In this document: positions 47,746-55,680 of the stretch, piece after piece
Position numbering within the stretch: position 1 is the stretch's first letter
Layout of the letters: every line of letters begins with the position of its first letter
Assembly: GCA_964415195.1 (NCBI GenBank)
Contig: CAYPYD010000001.1
Span: forward strand, 327,378 to 391,377
Length of the DNA stretch: 64,000 bases
DNA from: an uncultured Eubacteriales bacterium
GTDB lineage: Bacteria; Bacillota; TC1
Reading direction: 5' to 3'
Position numbers and translations under genes: made by a program
Notes under the pieces: model-generated
Databases searched by the model: none
What the model saw: the letters and a program-made list of their open reading frames with translations, nothing else
Told to the model about the DNA's origin: nothing

Positions 47746-48582
47746 GTGAACGAAATGGATTTTGTAACTTCTATAACATATTATCGTTTAGGAAAAATAG
47801 AAACGCAAGAAATACCTCTTTTAGCAACAAACGCTTTAGAGCAAGGTTATGACAGCCCTTCTTTGAGAATTCTAGCAGGGTTGTTACCTGGTATAACAAG
47901 TAAGTGGGAAATTGATAGTTATCTGAAAAGCACAATGAAAGAATTAAAAATAGAGGAAACTAGTCAAGGGGTAACATGTTTTGTGATAATAAGATATTTC
48001 TTGGAACAAATAGTTGATGAAGAAATTAGTCCCGTTGAAGGATTGAAGAAAATAGTTGACTCTGTTTTCAATACTACTAGTTTCCAACAGCTAAGATTGC
48101 ATGAAATGAACAAGAAATATGCAAACGATTATTTTGAATTCAATAATCTTTATAGCCTATATTATCAAAGCGATGACCTATATAACACCTACTATTCTGG
48201 TTCGAAAAAGTATAAGCTAAGTGAATTAGAAATTAGTAATAGTATAATAGAAGAAGCAAAAATATATCTAAATAAATATGAAAAAATCTTAAATCTAATT
48301 ATAGCTCATGAAAAGTTTTTGGGAATCATTAAAAACATAAAAGGAAAGAGTAGTGATAGTTGCCAAGAACTGGTTGAAAGGATTAGTAACATAATCCTTA
48401 AATTTGGTATAGTTCCCATAATTTGTGAATCTAGGAAGAAAAAAAGTATCTTTGGCAAACTGAAAAAATATTCAATTGGATATGTAATGAATAAAGAAAT
48501 GAGAATTATCTTATATGTCGTTATAATTGAAGAAAATAAGATATTTATGATTGAGGATATTAACTTGAAAGTGGAGGTGTAA
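47746..48582 (+). CDS. Hypothetical cytoplasmic protein
   Basis: 278 aa with no signal peptide or TM helix and no recognised motif. GTG start (alternative ATG at 47755). Confidence 0.45.
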   Translation: MNEMDFVTSITYYRLGKIETQEIPLLATNALEQGYDSPSLRILAGLLPGITSKWEIDSYLKSTMKELKIEETSQGVTCFVIIRYFLEQIVDEEISPVEGLKKIVDSVFNTTSFQQLRLHEMNKKYANDYFEFNNLYSLYYQSDDLYNTYYSGSKKYKLSELEISNSIIEEAKIYLNKYEKILNLIIAHEKFLGIIKNIKGKSSDSCQELVERISNIILKFGIVPIICESRKKKSIFGKLKKYSIGYVMNKEMRIILYVVIIEENKIFMIEDINLKVEV

Positions 48583-48584
48583 AG

Positions 48585-48929
48585 TTGGAGGCAAACAAAA
48601 ATTATGGTATGCCAGCAATTGCAGTAGTTTCTTTAGTACTTGGTCTTAGTAGTTTTATTTTACCGATCTTTTTATTTATAATAGGTATATTTATTGAACC
48701 CTTTTTTATCTTGAATGGTATTCTTTATTCCCCATTATTGGCAATTCCTTCAATTATATGCGGAACGATTGCCTATAAGAAGATAGCAACAGATAACCAT
48801 CCAGTAAGGATTATTGTTTTTATTGGAATGTTAATAGGCTCATTTGCCTTATTAATACAATTTTCTCTATATCTTTTCCCAGTTATGCTAGGCCATGCTT
48901 TAGAGATGTTATATTTTTGGTTAAATTAA
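48585..48929 (+). CDS. Small polytopic membrane protein (DUF4190-like)
   Basis: TTG start 7 nt after GGAGG. 3-4 TM helices in 114 aa. Confidence 0.5.
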   Translation: MEANKNYGMPAIAVVSLVLGLSSFILPIFLFIIGIFIEPFFILNGILYSPLLAIPSIICGTIAYKKIATDNHPVRIIVFIGMLIGSFALLIQFSLYLFPVMLGHALEMLYFWLN

Positions 48930-48935
48930 TTTTTT

Positions 48936-48970
48936 AAAACCTAGAAGGTTAAAACTTTCTAGGTTTTTTT
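48936..48970 (+). terminator. Intrinsic terminator
   Basis: aaaacctagaa ... ttctaggttttttt. Confidence 0.8.
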
Positions 48971-48992
48971 ATTTCAAAAATTTAAAAAGCAG

Positions 48993-49025
48993 TTGTATAT
49001 TATGATGTATGACTGATATAATAAT
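48993..49025 (+). promoter_or_regulatory. Promoter with conserved 17-mer ATGACTGATATAATAAT (copy C)
   Basis: TTGTAT (48993-48998), 18 nt spacer, TATAAT (49017-49022); 17-mer at 49009-49025. Confidence 0.6.
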
Positions 49026-49093
49026 GTAAAATATGTTCTATTATTGGTGAGTTTTGATTTAGTATATCAAATTTGAAAAGGTGAGGGACAAAG

Positions 49094-51601
49094 ATGGAAA
49101 AAAGAAAATTACTTATACTATTTACAACAATTATTATGATTCTAGGCACGCTTTTCTTTACAAAAAGTCATGTTGAGGCACTAGTATTGCCACAATCATT
49201 TCCTATGTGGGATAAGTTAATTGGCGGAGGAGGTACAGACCAATTTAAAGATATCCAACCGACTAATGATGGAGGATATGTTGTAGTGGGAAGTACATAT
49301 ATGCCTCAAAATGGTGTTTTTACAGATAACAATAATGGTTTAACAGATGCATTGATGATAAAATTTGACGCTTCTGGGAACATAGTGTGGGATCAAGTAT
49401 TTGGTGGAGCTGGTCATGAATCATTTTATGCAGTAATGCCTACGTCTGATGGTGGGTATATTGCAGTCGGTTATACTGATTCTTCTGCGAACGGTGAAAT
49501 CTCAGATGCAAATAATGGATACAATGATGGACTAATGGTTAAATTTGATGCAAATGGCAACAAAGAGTGGGACCAAGTATTTGGAGGAACAAGCCATGAT
49601 AAATTCAACTCAGTACAACAAACAATTGATGGTGGTTATATAGTAGCTGGTTCTACATCCTCAACAACTGGTGGAGAAATATCTGATTCAAACAATACTA
49701 ATTATTATAGTAATGATGGTCTATTAGTAAAATTTGATAAAGATGGCAATAAGCAATGGGATCAATTGTTTGGAAATGATAAAGAGGATACCTTTAATTC
49801 TGTTATACAAACTGCTAACGGAGAATATATTATAGCTGGTAATACAGAATATTCAATTACAGGAGAAATATCTGATCAAAACAATGGTGGTTATGATGGT
49901 CTTATAGTTATGTTTGATACAGAAGGTGATAAAATATGGGATAAAACATATGGTGCTAATAACTCTGATTATTTCAATGATATAGAAAAAACAAAAGATG
50001 GAGGATACATTGTAGTAGGTGGTACTTATTCATCAGAAAATGGTGATATAACACATAAAAATAATGGTGAGCATGATGGTCTTTTAGTAAAATTTGATAT
50101 CAATAATAATAATGAATGGGTACAAGTCACTGGTGGATCAGAAAGTGAGTCATTTATTGCAGTTTCTATAACAAACGATGACGGTTATGTGGTTACAGGT
50201 AGAACTGTTTCACCAATTAGTGGTGATATAACAGATGAAAATAACGGCTATGATGACGGACTTTTAATGAAGTTCGATATTAATGGCAACAAAGAATGGG
50301 ATCAAGTATTTGGTGGTGAAAGAAGTGAAATGCTGAATGGAGTGTGTCAAACAAGTGATGGTGGATACATTGCTGCTGGATATACAAATTCACCTGTAAG
50401 TGGAGAAATAACAGATGTGAAAAATGGTGGAGATGATGGTCTTTTAGTAAAATTTCATAAATTTGGAATAAATCCGATAGAAGTAGGCGCAAATATAATA
50501 ACTGGAATAGGCAATCCAGGTGACACAATAACAGTTATATTGCCAGATGAAAGCGAAACAGAGACCATAGCAGAAGCTGATGGAACATGGAGCATGACTT
50601 TACCAACTAAAGCCAAAGGTGGAGATTTCTTTATTATAGTTAATCAGAATGGATTAACTGCCACAGAATTAGTTGTAAGTGATTTAAATGGTATCTTCAC
50701 TATACGTTCTAAAAATAGTGGGTTATTGATGGATGTTTATAATAGAGGCGTTGATAAAGGTACAAATGTAATTCAATGGGCAGCTACAGGTGGCATAAAT
50801 CAAAAATGGAAATTTGAAAGATTAGATAATGGATTTTATAAGATAACATCAATGTTTTCTGGAATGTCACTTGATGTATATAATGCAGGAAATAGTGAGG
50901 GAAATCATGTAATTCAATGGCCATACCATGGAGGAGCAAATCAACAATGGTATTTAATTGAAAATCCTGATGATGGAACAATAACTTTTATTTCAAGATT
51001 AAGTTTAGAGAATGAGAATGATTATGTTTTAGATGTCTATAATGGCGGAAAAACTGCAGGTGTCAATGTAATTCAATGGTCATACCATGGTGGAGACAAT
51101 CAAAAATGGTACATAGATAAAGTAACTAAAGAATTTCCAGAACCAAGTAAAGACTACACAGGCACCTACAATATACGATCACAAAAGAGCCAATTACTAA
51201 TGGACGTATATAATGAAGGAAAAGATAAAGGAACCAACGTCATACAATGGGAAGCTAACAATGGACTAAACCAAAGATGGAATTTTGAAAAATTAGAAAA
51301 TGGATACTATAAAATAACATCTGTAATGTCAGGAATGTCCTTGGATGTATATAACGGCGGCAGTGATCTAGGCAATCGAGTAATCCAATGGCCTTATCAT
51401 GGAGGAACCAATCAACAATGGAGGATAATAGAAAACGATGATGGAAGTATCTCACTAATGTCAAAACTGGCTGAAGAAAACTACACTTACTATGTACTTG
51501 ATGTATTTAACGGAGGAACAACAGCCGGAGTAAATGTAATACAATGGACACCACTAAACCAAATTAATCAAAAATGGAATTTAGAGGAAATATCAAAATA
51601 A
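49094..51601 (+). CDS. Secreted beta-propeller-repeat protein with an Ig-like spacer and two ricin-B trefoils
   Basis: Signal peptide ends 'SHVEA'. About 8 repeats 'DGGYI.VG.T.S...GEI.D.NNG..DGL.VKFD.NGNKEWDQVFGG'. 'GANIITGIGNPGDTITVILPDESETETIAEADGTWSMTLP' is a Big-like module. Trefoils at ~50672-51125 and ~51151-51598. Confidence 0.85.
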   Translation: MEKRKLLILFTTIIMILGTLFFTKSHVEALVLPQSFPMWDKLIGGGGTDQFKDIQPTNDGGYVVVGSTYMPQNGVFTDNNNGLTDALMIKFDASGNIVWDQVFGGAGHESFYAVMPTSDGGYIAVGYTDSSANGEISDANNGYNDGLMVKFDANGNKEWDQVFGGTSHDKFNSVQQTIDGGYIVAGSTSSTTGGEISDSNNTNYYSNDGLLVKFDKDGNKQWDQLFGNDKEDTFNSVIQTANGEYIIAGNTEYSITGEISDQNNGGYDGLIVMFDTEGDKIWDKTYGANNSDYFNDIEKTKDGGYIVVGGTYSSENGDITHKNNGEHDGLLVKFDINNNNEWVQVTGGSESESFIAVSITNDDGYVVTGRTVSPISGDITDENNGYDDGLLMKFDINGNKEWDQVFGGERSEMLNGVCQTSDGGYIAAGYTNSPVSGEITDVKNGGDDGLLVKFHKFGINPIEVGANIITGIGNPGDTITVILPDESETETIAEADGTWSMTLPTKAKGGDFFIIVNQNGLTATELVVSDLNGIFTIRSKNSGLLMDVYNRGVDKGTNVIQWAATGGINQKWKFERLDNGFYKITSMFSGMSLDVYNAGNSEGNHVIQWPYHGGANQQWYLIENPDDGTITFISRLSLENENDYVLDVYNGGKTAGVNVIQWSYHGGDNQKWYIDKVTKEFPEPSKDYTGTYNIRSQKSQLLMDVYNEGKDKGTNVIQWEANNGLNQRWNFEKLENGYYKITSVMSGMSLDVYNGGSDLGNRVIQWPYHGGTNQQWRIIENDDGSISLMSKLAEENYTYYVLDVFNGGTTAGVNVIQWTPLNQINQKWNLEEISK

Positions 51602-51605
51602 ATAC

Positions 51606-51639
51606 AAAAACCTGGATGGACAAACCATCCAGGTTTTTT
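51606..51639 (+). terminator. Intrinsic terminator
   Basis: aaaaacctggatgg acaaa ccatccaggtttttt. Confidence 0.85.
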
Positions 51640-51910
51640 AATGCATAATTTCTCAAAGAATATTTAACCTATTTCATAAGTTAACCTTAACTTAACCATA
51701 ACTATACTTAAGGTTTAAGATGATATGTATAAAATATATTGAATATACTATAAAAATAATAAATATATGATAATTTGACACTATTTGAGTAATTTTTATC
51801 TGAAAAATAATTAAAAAAATAGTTGTAAGCTACAATATTATGTGGTAAACTGTGGGTAAATTGGAATGAGTATTAGTTTAATTAAAACTTAAAGCAATTA
51901 ATGTTTTAAT

Positions 51911-51946
51911 GTAGAACTGATTTTATAGTAGAACTAATTTTATAAT
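51911..51946 (+). promoter_or_regulatory. Tandem 17-bp direct repeat GTAGAACT(G/A)ATTTTATA x2 overlapping a TATAAT -10
   Basis: Repeats at 51911-51927 and 51928-51944 match at 16 of 17 nt. TATAAT at 51941-51946, 29 nt before the S8 protease start. Confidence 0.5.
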
Positions 51947-51974
51947 CATAATCTGAACATAGGGGGGAAGAAAA

Positions 51975-54074
51975 ATGATTAATGGGAAAAGACACATAAA
52001 AATGCTTATTTTTTCGTTGGTGTTTTTTCTGCCAATATTATTAGGTAGCAATATTTATGCAACTGAAGAAGAAAATGACTATCTAATAATGTTCGACAAT
52101 ACCACATCAAGAGTCGAAGTAACAGCAGAATCGGGCATTCAAAAAGATATAAAAGAAACTCACAAAAACATTAACGTAGTAAAAGCAACTATGACAAATG
52201 ATGAAGCTAAAGAACTAAGAAAAGATGAGGGAGTAAAAGTAGTAATCCAAGATTTAAAAACTGAAGTTTTAGCTGATGAAGTCACATGGAGCACAACAAT
52301 GATGCAAGCACCAGCAGCTTGGAATACAGGATATTCAGGACTAGGTGTAAAAGTGGCAGTACTAGATACAGGTATAGCCAACCATACAGAATTATCTGTT
52401 GTAGGAAGAAAAGACTTTATTACAACAGGAGGAACAGCAACCGATATCCATGGACACGGAACTGCTGTAGCAGGAGTAATAGCCAGTAAAAACAATAATA
52501 CTGGAATAATAGGAGTAGCACCAAACGTACAACTATATGCTGTAAAAGTCATGGATAATAGTGGTGCAGGTTCATTAAGTACTCTAATTTCAGCTATAGA
52601 TTGGTGTATAACAAATGGCATTGAAGTTGCTAACCTATCATTGGGAATAGATTATTCCAAATTATCAGCTTCAGATAAGATATTTTTCACTGACTTTATA
52701 AATAATGTTGGGGAAAAAGCTTTAGCAAACAATCTCCTTTTAGTAGCGGCATCTGGTAATGATGGAAATGCTACAGGAATAGACAACATGTCGATACCGG
52801 CTAGAGGTACAGGCTTCTTGGGAGTCGGAGCGGTTGACTCCAATAAAAACCTAGCATCATTTTCAAGTATTGGACCAAATATGGATGTGGTAGCACCTGG
52901 AGTCAATATAAAAACTCTAGGAACAAGCAACAATTATAAAATAGCAAGTGGAACATCATTCGCAGCACCTAACGTAGCAGGATTAGCAGCTTTATATATG
53001 GAAAGATTTCCAAATTATACTGCTCAGCAAATAACAGAATTAATCACAGGATACGCAGAAGACAGAGGAACTACAGGATTTGATAACTATTACGGAAATG
53101 GATTAGCAAAATTTCAAACAATTATTGGAAACATAGGGGAAGTTTCAAATAAGGATCTAAGTGGTATATATACTATAAGATCAAAAAACAGTGGTTTACT
53201 TATGGATGTCTTTAACGGTGGCCGTGACAAAGGAACAAATGTTATACAATGGCCAGCCACAGGCGGTGTGAACCAAAAATGGAAATTCCAAAAACTAGAA
53301 AATGGTTTCTACCAAATTACATCTGTTTTAAACCCTGACTATAGTCTGGATGTCTATGGTGGAGGAACTAGTTCTGGAACAAAAGTAATACAATGGTCGT
53401 ACCATGGAGGAACTAATCAACAATGGCGTTTGTATGAAAACACAGATGGAACTGTTACCTTCATGTCAAGACTAAGCAGTGAAAACAAAACAAATTACGT
53501 TCTAGATGTCTATGGTGGAGGAAAAACAGCCGGCGTCAATGTTATACAATGGGGAGCACACGGTGGTGATAATCAAAGATGGTACCTAGACAAAGCAGTT
53601 AAAGAACTACCAGTAAACACAAAAGACCACTCAGGAACCTATAATATAAGATCTCTAAATAGCGGTCTACTTATGGACGTATTTAATGGAGGACAGGACC
53701 AAGGCACTAATGTTATACAGTGGGCAGCAACTGGAGGAACAAATCAAAACTGGAAGTTTGAAAAACTAAGCAATGGCTATTACAAAATAACTTCAGAACT
53801 GTCTGGAATGTCACTTGATGTATATGATGGTGGCACTACTCAAGGAAATAAAGTTATTCAATGGCCTTATCATGGTGGGAACAACCAACAATGGAGAATA
53901 GTTGAAAATACCGATGGTAGTATATCATTGATGTCGAAACTATCAGAAGAGAACTACAGTTACTTTATACTCGATGTATTTAATGGTGGAACCACCAAAG
54001 GAGTTAACGTAATACAGTGGTCTTCAATATATAGTCCAAACCAAAAATGGGTATTAGATACAGTTGCTAAATAA
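51975..54074 (+). CDS. Secreted subtilisin-like S8 serine protease (I9-type propeptide) with two ricin-B trefoils
   Basis: Signal peptide ends 'SNIYA'. Propeptide 'YLIMFDN...VKATMTNDEAKELRKDEGVKVV'. Catalytic triad motifs 'VAVLDTGI', 'HGHGTAVAGVIA' and 'SGTSFAAPNVAG'. Trefoils at ~53151-53605 and ~53626-54071. Confidence 0.9.
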   Translation: MINGKRHIKMLIFSLVFFLPILLGSNIYATEEENDYLIMFDNTTSRVEVTAESGIQKDIKETHKNINVVKATMTNDEAKELRKDEGVKVVIQDLKTEVLADEVTWSTTMMQAPAAWNTGYSGLGVKVAVLDTGIANHTELSVVGRKDFITTGGTATDIHGHGTAVAGVIASKNNNTGIIGVAPNVQLYAVKVMDNSGAGSLSTLISAIDWCITNGIEVANLSLGIDYSKLSASDKIFFTDFINNVGEKALANNLLLVAASGNDGNATGIDNMSIPARGTGFLGVGAVDSNKNLASFSSIGPNMDVVAPGVNIKTLGTSNNYKIASGTSFAAPNVAGLAALYMERFPNYTAQQITELITGYAEDRGTTGFDNYYGNGLAKFQTIIGNIGEVSNKDLSGIYTIRSKNSGLLMDVFNGGRDKGTNVIQWPATGGVNQKWKFQKLENGFYQITSVLNPDYSLDVYGGGTSSGTKVIQWSYHGGTNQQWRLYENTDGTVTFMSRLSSENKTNYVLDVYGGGKTAGVNVIQWGAHGGDNQRWYLDKAVKELPVNTKDHSGTYNIRSLNSGLLMDVFNGGQDQGTNVIQWAATGGTNQNWKFEKLSNGYYKITSELSGMSLDVYDGGTTQGNKVIQWPYHGGNNQQWRIVENTDGSISLMSKLSEENYSYFILDVFNGGTTKGVNVIQWSSIYSPNQKWVLDTVAK

Positions 54075-54104
54075 AAATAATATTCAACTGAATAACAATG
54101 AAAC

Positions 54105-54142
54105 AAAAATAGGCGCATTACCAAATGGTAATGCGCCTTAAA
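54105..54142. terminator. Bidirectional terminator
   Basis: aggcgcattacc aaat ggtaatgcgcct, flanked by A- and T-rich runs. Confidence 0.8.
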
Positions 54143-54153
54143 TATCACTATAA

Positions 54154-55491
54154 TTATATATTAGTTCTTTTAAGAAGTGTCGTCATTGCCTCACGAGCAT
54201 CACTTCTTACCTTCTCTTCATCAAAGATAAGACTAGTCCCACCCTTGACCAACTGTTTACCATCTACAAAAACATCCCTTACATCTCTGCCACATAAGGA
54301 ATAAACGACTGATGATGGAAGGTTATAGAACGGAAGCGGAGCAGCATAATCAAGATCTAAAGTTATAAAATCGGCCCTCTTACCAACTTCCAAGGAACCA
54401 ATAATATCCTCGGCAAATATAGAACGAGCTCCAATACAAGTACCCAATCCAAGAGAAAGACTCGCGGATAGAACTTCAGGTCGACCTAATTGATGCTTAT
54501 GAAGCAAAGCCGCCGTTTTAATTTCCGCTAAAAGATCACTCGAGTTATTACAAGCAGGGGCATCAGTACCAATACCCACAGCAACACCCTTATCCAGCAA
54601 ACCAGGAACATCAAGATATCCCATCGCCATTTTCATAGCCGACACAGGACAATGAGCAATTGTAACCTTACCACTACCTAAAATATCTAAATCCCCAGGT
54701 CCAAGACGTGGGCAATGAATTAAAAGATAACGTCTATCCAACATTCCAGAAAGTTTTAAAAACTTACCAGGGGAAGTATAACCATCACCAGCCATAGCAT
54801 CAATATCAGCCAGCTCTTCAGCAAAGTGAATAGTAGAAATAAAACCATCATCATCCATAACTCCATTAACCACTTCAATCAGATGAGGATTATACATCCC
54901 GGTCCATCTGGGACCTAACCAAATATCCACCATATCAGGATTAGTAACCTTACTTCGGCAATTTCTGGCTTCTTTTATACTATCGTCTAACTCTTGAATA
55001 AGCGCAGGAGGCAGTAAACTGCCCTTTCTAGGCTCCATGACAACTTTAGCTAACCGAGCACGCATACCACTACTTGAAACTTCTTCAAATAAGGCATCTA
55101 GACCATAATTTACAACCATAGATTCAACAAAAGTTGTAGTCCCTGATTTACTCATCTCAAGCATAGCTAGTCTGGCTCCAGCAAGGAAAGTATTCTCATC
55201 ATGAGCAGCCTGTAAAGGCCAAATACGCTCAAACAACCAAGGATCAATAGTCATATCATCAGAAAAACCCCTAAACATACTCTGAGCCAAATGGAAGTGG
55301 TTATTAATAAGACCTGGCATCACCAATCTTCCGCCAAGATCTACCCTATCTGAATGAGGATAGGCTTTAAGCATCTCAACTTCAGTCCCAAGTGAAATAA
55401 TCTTACCATTATCAACTACCATAGAACCATCTTTAATTACAGTGTCTTTTTCATCCATGGTGAGTATAGTACAATGTTCATAACGTTTCAT
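54154..55491 (-). CDS. Amidohydrolase-superfamily deaminase/chlorohydrolase (MtaD/SsnA-like)
   Basis: 'MPGLINNHFHLAQS' (HxH metal site), 'IHCP' and 'GIGTDAPACNNS'; 445 aa. Confidence 0.75.
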   Translation of the reverse strand: MKRYEHCTILTMDEKDTVIKDGSMVVDNGKIISLGTEVEMLKAYPHSDRVDLGGRLVMPGLINNHFHLAQSMFRGFSDDMTIDPWLFERIWPLQAAHDENTFLAGARLAMLEMSKSGTTTFVESMVVNYGLDALFEEVSSSGMRARLAKVVMEPRKGSLLPPALIQELDDSIKEARNCRSKVTNPDMVDIWLGPRWTGMYNPHLIEVVNGVMDDDGFISTIHFAEELADIDAMAGDGYTSPGKFLKLSGMLDRRYLLIHCPRLGPGDLDILGSGKVTIAHCPVSAMKMAMGYLDVPGLLDKGVAVGIGTDAPACNNSSDLLAEIKTAALLHKHQLGRPEVLSASLSLGLGTCIGARSIFAEDIIGSLEVGKRADFITLDLDYAAPLPFYNLPSSVVYSLCGRDVRDVFVDGKQLVKGGTSLIFDEEKVRSDAREAMTTLLKRTNI

Positions 55492-55680
55492 GAAGTCTAC
55501 CTCCTAGGTAAATAATTTTATCATTGCATTATATCACCCAAAAATACAAGATTCAAGATATATAAGAAGGAAGTATATACAAACAAATATTAATATGTTA
55601 CTATGCAATGATAAAATATGACAAAGTAAGAGTAAGTAAGGATTGGGAAATAAGTAATTTGATAAAAAAGGAGTAAAGAA

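Noticed and set aside
52160-52933. Minus- and plus-strand ORFs inside the S8 protease gene (52160..52621, 52286..52489, 52652..52933)
   Set aside because: They lie inside a CDS with an intact Asp/His/Ser catalytic triad, so they are shadow frames. The same reasoning applies to the other short antisense ORFs in the track, such as 17370..17672, 17802..18251, 39383..40342, 50280..51464 and 61153..61788.
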